Shown: in pieces, positions 17,409 to 26,220 of the stretch
Layout of the letters: every line of letters starts with the position of its first letter
Numbering within the stretch: the first letter of the stretch is position 1
DNA from: Patescibacteria group bacterium
GTDB lineage: Bacteria; Patescibacteriota; Minisyncoccia; Phycocordibacterales; JACOZG01
NCBI GenBank assembly: GCA_038064935.1
Contig: JBBTRZ010000001.1
Span: 1 to 41,914, forward strand
DNA length: 41,914 nt
Direction: 5' to 3'
Notes under the pieces: model-generated
Told to the model about the DNA's origin: nothing
The model's input: only the letters and a program-made list of their open reading frames with translations
Databases searched by the model: none
Position numbers and translations under genes: made by a program

Positions 17409-19178
17409 TTAGAGATAAACCCTGCTTAATTTTAACCACAATTCCAAGCATAAGATAATCCAGACTTTCAAGGCAAGTCGGTCATTATTTTTGTCGTAGA
17501 ATCTATTAACCAAGAAATCAATTGCCACCGGGTTAAAGAGGTTTTTTACCCGCGCTCCTTTTCCCAGGTTAGAAACAACATAATCGCGCATTTTGGGCTC
17601 TCGAAGCCACCTTCCGACTGGAGCGCCGAACCCCTGTTTGCGTCGATGAACAAAAGCTTTTGGCATAAATTCTGAAAGCAGGTCTTTCAAGATTATTTTA
17701 CTGCTATCCTTATCAGACTTAAATTTCGTCGGTAGATTAATAACAAATTCTACAAGTTCTGTATCAAGAAAGGGCGAACGGACTTCAAGTCCATGCATCA
17801 TGCTTATCCTGTCTACTTTGGATAAAAGTTGCCCAGGAAGATATGTGGTTAAATCAAATATTGTGATTTTTTGCATCGCGTTTTCATTATCTGCGTAGGC
17901 ACCCGGCGCGAATATGTCATTGTTGATATATTGGATTCCGCCCCAAAGTCTGATTCTTTCCCATGTAGTAAAGACGCGGGTTGAGCGAACGCGACCCTGA
18001 AAGTGATTAAGGAATAATTTTTCAAATGGGTGAGCACGGTATGAAAGATTGAGATGGCGAGTATGCCACCCATATCCCATAAATATTTCGTCCCCACCAT
18101 CACCCGATAAGGCGACTTTCACTTTGCTTGCCGCGAGCTCGGATATCAGGTGCTGAGGAAAATCGGACGAATCGGCGTGCGGTTCATCAAGGTAAGTAAT
18201 TACTTTCTCCAGTTCTTTTACCATGTTTCCGCTGGCCTCGACGGTATAATGTTCGCTTTTTATAAAATCGGCTGCTTCTTTGGCGTAGGGGAGTTCGTTT
18301 ACATAATCTCCATATCCAAGAGAGAAGGTTTTAAGCGGACGGTCTAAATATTTGCTTGCCAATATTGATACGATGGTGGAATCTACTCCGCCAGAGAGAA
18401 GTGCTCCGATCTCAACATCGGCCGCCAACATTCTTTTCTTCACCGCTTCATCTAAAAGCCGCCCGACCTCCTCCCTGGCTTCTTCATAATCTATCTTTAT
18501 CGGTCGATGGGGGAGATCCCAATATCTTTTGATGCTCAGATTTTGGTTTTTGTAAACGGCACTATGGGCGGGAGGTAATTGAGAGATGTTTTTGTACACA
18601 GATTTCCATGGGGATATATACATGAGCTGAAGGTAATTATCCAGCGCTTCTTCATCAAGCACACCAGTGATGCCTGCGCTTATAAGAGCTTTTATTTCAG
18701 AAGCAACGAACAAATTATTATTTTTATCAAAAGTATAATACAGCGGCTTTTTACCAAAGCGATCGCGCGCCATAAAGAGAGTTTGTTTTTTCTCGTCCCA
18801 TATCGCGAATGCGAACATACCATCTAGGTATTTTGGGCATTTTTCGCCGTATTCTTGGTAGGCCTTGAGAATAACCTCAGTGTCTGAGTTTGTTGTAAAT
18901 AAATAACCTTTTGCTCCCAGTTCCTTCTTCAGTTCGCGGTAATTATATATCTCACCATTGAAGGTAATCGCTATGTCATGTTTGTTGTCACGCATGGGTT
19001 GATGACTGCTCTTAAGGTCAATGATCGAGAGGCGTGTGTGACCGAGGAGGCATTCGGTAAATCGCATCTCTCCGCGATCGTCCGGCCCTCGCCTCGCAAG
19101 AGCGTGAAGACCTGCGTTCACCTTCTGTGTATTATGCTTTTCGATATTTTTTCCGGCGATGGCTAAAATTCCGCACAT
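17409..19178 (-). CDS. asnB: Asparagine synthase (glutamine-hydrolysing) family amidotransferase
   Basis: 589 aa. N-terminal Ntn nucleophile MCGI, GATase-II region, and PP-loop SGGVDST. Confidence 0.9.
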   Translation of the reverse strand: MCGILAIAGKNIEKHNTQKVNAGLHALARRGPDDRGEMRFTECLLGHTRLSIIDLKSSHQPMRDNKHDIAITFNGEIYNYRELKKELGAKGYLFTTNSDTEVILKAYQEYGEKCPKYLDGMFAFAIWDEKKQTLFMARDRFGKKPLYYTFDKNNNLFVASEIKALISAGITGVLDEEALDNYLQLMYISPWKSVYKNISQLPPAHSAVYKNQNLSIKRYWDLPHRPIKIDYEEAREEVGRLLDEAVKKRMLAADVEIGALLSGGVDSTIVSILASKYLDRPLKTFSLGYGDYVNELPYAKEAADFIKSEHYTVEASGNMVKELEKVITYLDEPHADSSDFPQHLISELAASKVKVALSGDGGDEIFMGYGWHTRHLNLSYRAHPFEKLFLNHFQGRVRSTRVFTTWERIRLWGGIQYINNDIFAPGAYADNENAMQKITIFDLTTYLPGQLLSKVDRISMMHGLEVRSPFLDTELVEFVINLPTKFKSDKDSSKIILKDLLSEFMPKAFVHRRKQGFGAPVGRWLREPKMRDYVVSNLGKGARVKNLFNPVAIDFLVNRFYDKNNDRLALKVWIILCLELWLKLSRVYL

Positions 19179-19190
19179 GATAGTGAAAAG

Positions 19191-19229
19191 AAAACGTGAT
19201 AATCTCTCTCCTAGAGATTATCACGTTTT
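19191..19229 (-). terminator. Perfect 17-bp stem / 5-nt loop hairpin with U-tracts on both strands
   Basis: aaaacgtgataatctct (19191-19207) pairs perfectly with agagattatcacgtttt (19213-19229). On the minus strand it is followed by ttttcttttc. It lies between the acetyltransferase stop (19238) and the asnB start (19178). Confidence 0.7.
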
Positions 19230-19237
19230 TAAAGTTT

Positions 19238-19792
19238 TTACTCGTATCCGAGCCTCCTTGCGTATTCGATCATCTTTTTTTTTGGCCGATATTTTCTTGG
19301 TTTAGCGGGAACACCGAAGTAAACAGTCCATGGTTCAGTGCTCTTTGCTACGAGGGAACAAGACCCAACAACAGAACCCTCCCCCAGAACGACGCCGGGC
19401 ATAATGACAACATTTGTCCCGACACTCGAAAATCTTTTTAGGGTAACGGGGGATAGTGTTACCTTGTCCTTGTATGGGTCGGGGATCGTCGGACCAACTA
19501 ACCCTTCTCCCATATGTTCGTCGCTACCACAAATGATTCTGCTACCCGCTGCAATCGTTGTAAAATGCTCCATGGTAAACTTTGTGTCTCGGCCGCCTAT
19601 TATTGTGACATATGGAGCAACGTGAGTATAATCACCAATATCGGCTGCGGTAGTTAGGTAGAACCCGGTGTCAATTGCTACGTGGTTGCCCATGATCACC
19701 AACTGTGGTCGTCGTATCTCCACACCAGCACTAATAAACACATCTTCCCCCGCCCTATAAAGCAATGATTTGTCGTATTGTTGTGAACCCAA
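19238..19792 (-). CDS. Left-handed beta-helix (hexapeptide-repeat) sugar acetyltransferase
   Basis: 184 aa. Repeated [LIV]-G-x4 hexapeptides (IMGNHVAIDTGFYL, VGTNVVIMPGVVLGEGSVVGSCSLV). TTG start at 19792 with an aaaggagag RBS. Confidence 0.8.
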   Translation of the reverse strand: MGSQQYDKSLLYRAGEDVFISAGVEIRRPQLVIMGNHVAIDTGFYLTTAADIGDYTHVAPYVTIIGGRDTKFTMEHFTTIAAGSRIICGSDEHMGEGLVGPTIPDPYKDKVTLSPVTLKRFSSVGTNVVIMPGVVLGEGSVVGSCSLVAKSTEPWTVYFGVPAKPRKYRPKKKMIEYARRLGYE

Positions 19793-19829
19793 TATACACT
19801 CTCCTTTCGTTCATGTTTTTATTGTTCAA

Positions 19830-20840
19830 GGTTCAAGAATTAGACTACTACTTACTAATGGACAATGATACGCAACAATTTAACGGTGTCAAGCCCCCGC
19901 AATGGTTCAATAGCTTGGCATCACCCGAGAGGTTAAGATTCGAGCATTATGGCATACACCAAGAATCCCAATCTGCCCCGGGTGAGAGGGCAGGCTGTTG
20001 AGTTAATTCGACGGGGTAAGAGTACGAGAGAAGTTGGCCGCCACTTTGGTTTCAATCAATCAACCATTGTTCGGTGGATGAAGAAAGCCAGACAGACTTG
20101 GGGTTACGGGTTGATTCCCACTTTGTCCTCGCGACCTAAGAAGCATCCGCGATCTTTGTCTCGAGAGGTGGTGGAGGCAATCATTAAGGAACGGATCGGC
20201 CGTCGTCGTTGCGCGGAACATGTCCATCACGCACTGAAGAAACACGGAGTGATAGTGTCCTTGTCCTCAGTCAAACGCACTCTTGATCGCTGCGGGTTAA
20301 GAAAGAAACGCAGTCCTTGGAAACGGCCGCATGATTATACCGAGCGACCAGAACCGGCCTTTGTTGGAGCTCTAGTTGAGGTCGATACTATCTTGATCAT
20401 TGCTCCCGATGGTTCAAGAATTTATGTCTACACCTTGATTGATTTGTTCAGTCGCTGGGCTTACGCCGAGGTGGTGGAAAAGATTGGGGTCGTGGCCAGT
20501 GTTGAGTTCATTGGTCGTGCCAAACAAGTGGCGACTTTCAGCTTCGAGCCGATTCAGACCGATCACGGTAGTGAGTTCTCAATCTGGTTTACTCATGCCT
20601 TAACGGCAATGAAAATCAAACACCGACATTCTCGCGTAGGGCAGAAGGATGACCAAGCTCATATTGAAAGATTTAATCGGACAATCCAGGAGGAGTGTTT
20701 GGATCGGATTGTTCATAGTCTCGACTCATTCAAATTGGCGGTTCCTAAATTTCTGCACTGGTACAACACCGAGCGCACGCACATGGGAATTAATTATCAA
20801 ACTCCGCTCGAAGTGATGCAAAGGTCTTGAATTCTTTACG
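19830..20840 (+). mobile_element. IS481-family-like insertion sequence (ends not resolved)
   Basis: A single HTH+rve transposase ORF whose GC content is visibly higher than its AT-rich neighbours. The only candidate terminal inverted repeat is imperfect: caagaatt-agac near 19834-19846 against the reverse complement of 20824-20838 (aagaattcaagac). No target-site duplication was identified. Confidence 0.4.
19949..20830 (+). CDS. DDE transposase / integrase core domain (IS481-like)
   Basis: N-terminal HTH (GKSTREVGRHFGFNQSTIVRWMKKA). DDE candidates are VEVDT, QTDHGSEF and HIERFNRTIQEE. C-terminal YNTERTHMGINYQTPLEV. Confidence 0.85.
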   Translation: MAYTKNPNLPRVRGQAVELIRRGKSTREVGRHFGFNQSTIVRWMKKARQTWGYGLIPTLSSRPKKHPRSLSREVVEAIIKERIGRRRCAEHVHHALKKHGVIVSLSSVKRTLDRCGLRKKRSPWKRPHDYTERPEPAFVGALVEVDTILIIAPDGSRIYVYTLIDLFSRWAYAEVVEKIGVVASVEFIGRAKQVATFSFEPIQTDHGSEFSIWFTHALTAMKIKHRHSRVGQKDDQAHIERFNRTIQEECLDRIVHSLDSFKLAVPKFLHWYNTERTHMGINYQTPLEVMQRS

Positions 20841-20884
20841 GTACTTCCCCTTTTTTAAAAAGACTGCTAAACTAAAAAAATAAA

Positions 20885-21856
20885 ATGAAAAAAGCCTTAA
20901 TTACCGGTATCACTGGCCAAGACGGCTCTTATTTGGCCGAACTCTTGCTCGCAAAAAACTATGAAGTACACGGTATAATGCGCCGCCTTTCCTCATTTGC
21001 TTCTGCAAGAATTGATCATCTCTACAACACGGGAAATTTTTATACGCACTATGCAGATCTCACCGACAGCCCATCTCTCTCGGCAATAATTTCCGATCTA
21101 AAGCCCGATGAGTTTTATAATCTCGGAGCAATGTCCCATGTAAAGGTATCATTCGAAGTTCCTCAATATACACTTGAGACGAACACCGTCGGTGTTTTAA
21201 ATGTACTCGAGGCCATACGAAAATTGTCACCCCGCACTAAATTTTATCAAGCATCCAGTTCTGAAATGTTTGGTGTTCCAGGAGTATCGGCTCCGTATAA
21301 TGAGAATACTCCCATGATGCCACAGAGTCCGTATGGTGTGGCGAAATTAGGTGCTTACCATCTTACTCGGCAGTATCATGATGGCTACGGTTTATTTGCT
21401 ACCACAGGAATACTGTTTAACCACGAGAGTCCAAGAAGGGGCGGCACTTTTGTTACGAAGAAAGTTACGAAGGGGGTGGCAAGAATTAAAAATGGGTTAC
21501 AAAAAGAACTTGTTTTAGGAAATCTTGACGCCAAGCGAGACTGGGGGTGGGCTCCTGAATTCGTGGAAGCTATATACCTCATAATGCAACAAAAAACTCC
21601 CGATGTGTTTGTTGTGGCCACTGGCGAAACCCACACAATTAGAGAGTTTGTGGAAGAAGCTTTTTCTTACATGGATCTAAATTGGCAGGATTATGTCAAA
21701 ATAGATAACAAATTTAGACGCCCCAATGAAGTGCCGTTGCTTTTAGGTGATTCGTCAAAAATAAAAAAGATTGTGGGCTGGGAAGCAAAAATGAAATTTA
21801 AAGACATTGTCCATACAATGATGGATTATGATCTAGAACACCTCCATGATAATTGA
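20885..21856 (+). CDS. gmd: GDP-mannose 4,6-dehydratase (short paralog)
   Basis: [69 protein letters not shown]. Confidence 0.85.
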   Translation: MKKALITGITGQDGSYLAELLLAKNYEVHGIMRRLSSFASARIDHLYNTGNFYTHYADLTDSPSLSAIISDLKPDEFYNLGAMSHVKVSFEVPQYTLETNTVGVLNVLEAIRKLSPRTKFYQASSSEMFGVPGVSAPYNENTPMMPQSPYGVAKLGAYHLTRQYHDGYGLFATTGILFNHESPRRGGTFVTKKVTKGVARIKNGLQKELVLGNLDAKRDWGWAPEFVEAIYLIMQQKTPDVFVVATGETHTIREFVEEAFSYMDLNWQDYVKIDNKFRRPNEVPLLLGDSSKIKKIVGWEAKMKFKDIVHTMMDYDLEHLHDN

Positions 21857-22241
21857 AATTAAACTAAAGGCCAAAGTAATAGGGCTTCACATAGACAATG
21901 CTGACATAGAGGATGGCACACATCCGGTCACTCCTTCAGACTGGCCGCTTCAACTTCTTATGATGAAGCGAAAAGAAGGTCATATTTTTGCCAAACATAC
22001 GCATAAAATTATGGATCGACAAATACCCATGTTGCAAGAAGCGATCGTGGTCAATAAAGGGAAACTTTTAATAACCGTGTGCGATAGGAATGGTATCGAT
22101 ATTGGCGGGTATGAAGTATCTGCAGGGCAGTGTTTGTTTTTGGTAGATGGGGGGTACAAGGTCGAGGTCATCGAGGACGCTGCTTTTTATGAATTCAAAA
22201 ATGGCCCTCATTCTAAAGTGAGCGACAAGGTGTTCTTGTGA
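21846..22241 (+). CDS. Small cupin-fold protein, candidate FdtA/WxcM-like sugar ketoisomerase or epimerase
   Basis: 131 aa. It overlaps the gmd stop by 11 nt and the aminotransferase start by 4 nt (GTGA). FAKHTHK resembles the HxHK motif of FdtA-type 3,4-ketoisomerases. The beta-rich pattern suits a cupin. Confidence 0.4.
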   Translation: MIIEIKLKAKVIGLHIDNADIEDGTHPVTPSDWPLQLLMMKRKEGHIFAKHTHKIMDRQIPMLQEAIVVNKGKLLITVCDRNGIDIGGYEVSAGQCLFLVDGGYKVEVIEDAAFYEFKNGPHSKVSDKVFL

Positions 22242-23197
22242 ACATTAAGATACCACAATACGACCTCGATGGTTTGGGCGGCGAGTTTCTCGTTACTCAA
22301 GGTTTAGAAAAGTCGATTGCGGAATTTTTTGGCATAAAGCATTGCGTGATAGTGAGCTCCGGTACTGTCGCACTTTTTTTAGCACTTCGCGCCACAGGGG
22401 CCAAGAAAGTCGCTATACCATCCTTGACCATGATAGCTACAGCTACTGCCGCAGAGCTTGCGGGCTGTGAAATCGTACTCACTTCAAATAATGAGATCCC
22501 AGAAGGTTCAGATACTTATGTCCACGTTTCATTGAATGGACGAGATTGCGGCATAGAGGATGTGATACACTCACACCCAACATTGAATATCATTGAGGAT
22601 GCCTGCCAGTCTTTTGGCTCAAAACATAATGCAAAATATCTAGGTACTTTTGGAAAAGTGGGATGTTTTTCGTTCTCGCCACACAAGATCATGTCGGCGG
22701 GAAATGGTGGATGTGTCGTTACTAATGATGACGATATCGCGAGAGAGGTAAAAAAGTTAAAGAATTTTGGTAGAGAATCTGGCGGAGCCGATCAACATGA
22801 GTCGATTGGGTACAACTTTAAATTTACTGATATTCAGGCAAATTTCATGCTCCCCCAGTTTGCCGATCTTCAGTCTCGTCTAGCAAAGAAGGTCCGTATT
22901 TATCAGAGATACTATGATGTACTACACGATATTATGCGCCCACACACTGGGGTCCCATGGTTTGTAGATGTGTATGTTGACGATAGAGATACATTGACGA
23001 GTTCACTGGCCGAAAAAGGTATTGGCACGAGAAAGATGTATCCGCTGATTTCAACACAAAAACCTTTTGATGGCGTTAAAACATACGGAGATTTTACAAC
23101 GGATGAATCCTACTCGAGGAGGGGACTCTGGCTACCGTCTTCGCTTGGTCTCACAGAGGGACAGATCGATTGTGTGATCAGAGCAATTCGATCTTAA
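22238..23197 (+). CDS. DegT/DnrJ/EryC1/StrS-family PLP-dependent sugar aminotransferase
   Basis: GTG start. VSSGTVALFLALRA, and FSFSPHKIMSAGNGGCVVTND with the Schiff-base Lys retained. That argues for an aminotransferase rather than a ColD-type dehydratase. Confidence 0.85.
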   Translation: MNIKIPQYDLDGLGGEFLVTQGLEKSIAEFFGIKHCVIVSSGTVALFLALRATGAKKVAIPSLTMIATATAAELAGCEIVLTSNNEIPEGSDTYVHVSLNGRDCGIEDVIHSHPTLNIIEDACQSFGSKHNAKYLGTFGKVGCFSFSPHKIMSAGNGGCVVTNDDDIAREVKKLKNFGRESGGADQHESIGYNFKFTDIQANFMLPQFADLQSRLAKKVRIYQRYYDVLHDIMRPHTGVPWFVDVYVDDRDTLTSSLAEKGIGTRKMYPLISTQKPFDGVKTYGDFTTDESYSRRGLWLPSSLGLTEGQIDCVIRAIRS

Positions 23198-23218
23198 TCC
23201 TAGCCAAAAGGATAGTTG

Positions 23219-24034
23219 TTATCGCGTGGGCGTTTTCGGGAAACCAAAGAGATAACGATTGTTGGGGAATATCTCTATGGGCATATCTGCCCACTCCAGT
23301 GACGGATAGTTGGCGGCGAGATTTTTGAAGTATTTACTGTTGTCGATCCCCCCAAAGGAAGGTTGGTAGGCGATCAAAAAGTATTGAGGATTGATGGCGG
23401 ATAGGAACTTCATACGAAGAGCCAAACCAACTTCGCTCAATGACCATGTGGCAATAAGGAGTCCATCCTGTGTACCAACATTCTTGATGTCACTTACAAA
23501 GAAGATGTTTGAGATATCCACATTGTGGAGTTTGAGATAGAACTCTTGCAGGAGTAAAAATTCCGGCAGATCAAAGATTGTGTACTGGCCCTTGAAACCT
23601 TGCTCGTACACAACACGACACATAGCTCCAAATCCTCCACCAAACTCTATAATATTGTCCAGACATATCAGCTTGTCTTTGAATTGATCGAGATGGTACT
23701 TGAATGGTTCAAGATCACCATGACCCATGTTGTAACGGATGACATCCCAAGAAAGAAAAGCACGAGGATCTTCGATAAGTACCTTAGTGCGAAATTCGTT
23801 CTTTCGTGTTATCCATTTCATCTCCGCCCTCGGGATAGATGGGGTCGGTTGCACTACTGGCAACTCTTTAAGTTTTGTTCTGAACTCTTCAATGAGATCA
23901 AGCTCGCGTTTTGTTGGAGTGTCCAGATTTATTTCTGGTTCTTTTGATCTCGGGATGCCTTGAGTACTAAGACGTAACTTTCGAAATATAAAACGACGCA
24001 TTCTGCCGAGAATTTTTTCATATTGAATATTCAT
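23219..24034 (-). CDS. Putative class I SAM-dependent (sugar) methyltransferase
   Basis: The ORF reaches 24049, but ATG 24034 makes an ATGA overlap with the upstream stop. Motif I-like IIEFGGGFGAMCRVV followed by FDLPEF. Confidence 0.5.
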   Translation of the reverse strand: MNIQYEKILGRMRRFIFRKLRLSTQGIPRSKEPEINLDTPTKRELDLIEEFRTKLKELPVVQPTPSIPRAEMKWITRKNEFRTKVLIEDPRAFLSWDVIRYNMGHGDLEPFKYHLDQFKDKLICLDNIIEFGGGFGAMCRVVYEQGFKGQYTIFDLPEFLLLQEFYLKLHNVDISNIFFVSDIKNVGTQDGLLIATWSLSEVGLALRMKFLSAINPQYFLIAYQPSFGGIDNSKYFKNLAANYPSLEWADMPIEIFPNNRYLFGFPKTPTR

Positions 24035-24936
24035 TTGGTTATAAAACACGGTTCGACCGTGTGCCAGTTTTCGGGAACAATATCCTTCGTATCACACTTT
24101 GGCGAATTGGCAAACCACTTCGAGGGTGCAACAACGATTTTATCATTGTTTTTATTTAGCCATGCTCCCCACCAGCCAAGCGTACTGTTGGAGATGATAT
24201 TGTGCTTGCAGAGGCTCATGAGCCGCACGTCCTCATGAGCCGCTTCCATAGCGTTCCAACCGGTATATACTGTCTCGAACGGGAAACGCATGTTATGCTT
24301 CACCCATTCAATGTCATCGGAAAAAATGAACAAGGTTGGTCGAGGAATCTTTGTGGTAATGATAACGAGTGCATTATCATAGTACGCCCTCGGGAGCTCA
24401 CCATGGTAGTATCGGGTTTTCGGATTTGCTACATAGTCGGCTCTTCGTATATGAATACCTATTGAGTGAGTCGTGGCAATTTTTTTAGCCACCTCTTTGT
24501 TTTTATCGAGGGGGTGTCTTTGGACGGTAAAGTCTTTCAGGATAATCTCGCGGATGTCTTTGAAATATTTTTCAGTTTGAAACCAGCCGTGGAGGTAAAA
24601 ACTTCCTTTTATCTCGAGGACCATCGGGTCGAACGCAAACCCTTTTTCTCGTACATATTTCGAAGGGCTAGCCATCAACCAGTTGTAGAGGAACCACTTT
24701 CCTCCTGGTCTTCTATCGTATTTTTTGAATCGCTGTATTTCATTTTGAGTTGCAAGGTTTGTTTTGATATCTATGCCAAACCCTTCAAGCCAAAAACTAC
24801 AATCACCCAAGGGGTTTGTTTGATAAGAGCCGATATCAAATTTTAGCTCCATCTGATTTTTTAGTGCAAGATGACGACCCAGAGCATACTGAAACATAAG
24901 GTTACCGAGCCCGCCTTCTAGTCGTAGTATAATCAT
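24031..24936 (-). CDS. Alpha-1,2-fucosyltransferase, GT11
   Basis: GGLGNLMFQYALGRHLA, IGIHIRRADYV, FIFSDDIEWVK, ISNSTLGWWGAWL. Confidence 0.85.
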   Translation of the reverse strand: MIILRLEGGLGNLMFQYALGRHLALKNQMELKFDIGSYQTNPLGDCSFWLEGFGIDIKTNLATQNEIQRFKKYDRRPGGKWFLYNWLMASPSKYVREKGFAFDPMVLEIKGSFYLHGWFQTEKYFKDIREIILKDFTVQRHPLDKNKEVAKKIATTHSIGIHIRRADYVANPKTRYYHGELPRAYYDNALVIITTKIPRPTLFIFSDDIEWVKHNMRFPFETVYTGWNAMEAAHEDVRLMSLCKHNIISNSTLGWWGAWLNKNNDKIVVAPSKWFANSPKCDTKDIVPENWHTVEPCFITK

Positions 24937-26216
24937 TTGATTGTTTCTTTTATTTTTTTTGTCACATGGTCAAGGATAGAAGCAATTTGGCCAGAATTTT
25001 TATCGGGGAAGAAGGCGGAGCGCGGGTTGTTTATGTCAGTGATTTCAAAAAAAAGTTTCTGTACATGGTCAAGGCCAAGTGTCATTGGTTTATGAATGAT
25101 AATATCAAATAGATATTCTCCCACATTAAATAAAAACGAAGGCACACTGATTTGTGTTTCGTATGAGCCCACCTGAAAATCAAATAGTTGGCCATTTTTG
25201 TCTGATCCGGATGATAAAAGGAGAAGCCCTCCTTCTCTATAGATTGCAAGCGACACCTCCGCGCTTTTTGTAGGTATTGTTATTTTATACTCGATTTTTA
25301 TTGAAAAAGGTTCACTTACTGGGATTTGCGTTGAGGGTATATTATTTTCTCGAAGTATTGATACTCGGGTTACTTTTACTCCTTTATCTTCTCGGTTTTG
25401 CGTGTTGCGCAACTCGGTTATCGCCTCGCCCCTAGATTTATTTAAATATTCACTGATAACTTTTTTTGTCAGACCTATTTTTTTAACCACTCCCCCTTCG
25501 ATTAGAATTGCTTTATCACATAATTCTTGAATTGCTCCCATATTATGACTGACAAATAAAATTGTTCGTCCACCCTGTTTTGTGATTTCCCCCATCTTGC
25601 CAAGACACTTTTTTTGAAATTCGGCGTCGCCGACGGCAAGCACCTCATCAACTAAAAGAATATCTGGTTCCATATGGGCGGCAACTGAAAAGGCGAGGCG
25701 GACATACATACCACTGGAGTAATGTTTTACGGGTGTGTCTAAAAACTTCTCAATGCCAGCGAATTCAACAATCTCGTCAAACTTGGTGGCAATCTCATGG
25801 TGCTTCATACCAAGGATTGCCCCGTTGAGGAAAATATTTTCCCGACCAGTGAGTTCCGGGTGAAAGCCAGTGCCCACTTCAAGGAGAGAGCCCACGCGTC
25901 CGCGTAAAATTATTTCACCGGTCGTTGGCGGTGTAATTTGTGATAATATTTTTAATAGTGTTGATTTACCGGCACCATTTGGACCAATAATTCCGATCAC
26001 CTCGCCCTTTTCCACAGTGAAATTTATATCTTTGAGAGCCCAAAACTCTTCTTTTTTTTCTAGCCCAACCGCTTTTTTAGCTTTGTTCGCCAAGAAAGAC
26101 AAAGGGCTTTTTGCTACATTAGTTAAGACATCGCGTAAGGCGACATAACGCCCCCGCTCATGTTGAATGTCGTACTTTTTCCCAATATTTTTTACTTCAA
26201 TAATCGGTTTTTTCAT
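24933..26216 (-). CDS. wzt: Polysaccharide ABC exporter ATP-binding protein with C-terminal extension (Wzt/TagH type)
   Basis: The ORF reaches 26264. ATG 26216 (MKKPIIEVKNIGKKY) lies 4 nt after the permease stop. Walker A GPNGAGKST, signature YSSGM, Walker B ILLVDE. About 180 aa follow the NBD. Confidence 0.85.
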   Translation of the reverse strand: MKKPIIEVKNIGKKYDIQHERGRYVALRDVLTNVAKSPLSFLANKAKKAVGLEKKEEFWALKDINFTVEKGEVIGIIGPNGAGKSTLLKILSQITPPTTGEIILRGRVGSLLEVGTGFHPELTGRENIFLNGAILGMKHHEIATKFDEIVEFAGIEKFLDTPVKHYSSGMYVRLAFSVAAHMEPDILLVDEVLAVGDAEFQKKCLGKMGEITKQGGRTILFVSHNMGAIQELCDKAILIEGGVVKKIGLTKKVISEYLNKSRGEAITELRNTQNREDKGVKVTRVSILRENNIPSTQIPVSEPFSIKIEYKITIPTKSAEVSLAIYREGGLLLLSSGSDKNGQLFDFQVGSYETQISVPSFLFNVGEYLFDIIIHKPMTLGLDHVQKLFFEITDINNPRSAFFPDKNSGQIASILDHVTKKIKETIK

Positions 26217-26220
26217 AAAA

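Noticed and set aside
19196-19441. 81-aa plus-strand ORF spanning the hairpin and the acetyltransferase 3' end.
   Set aside because: It starts inside the 17-bp hairpin, is antisense to a well-supported hexapeptide acetyltransferase, and has no motifs.
23198-23218. Possible terminator hairpin between the convergent aminotransferase and methyltransferase genes.
   Set aside because: Only a 4-bp stem (atcc/ggat) with a 9-nt loop and no U-tract, which is too weak to call.
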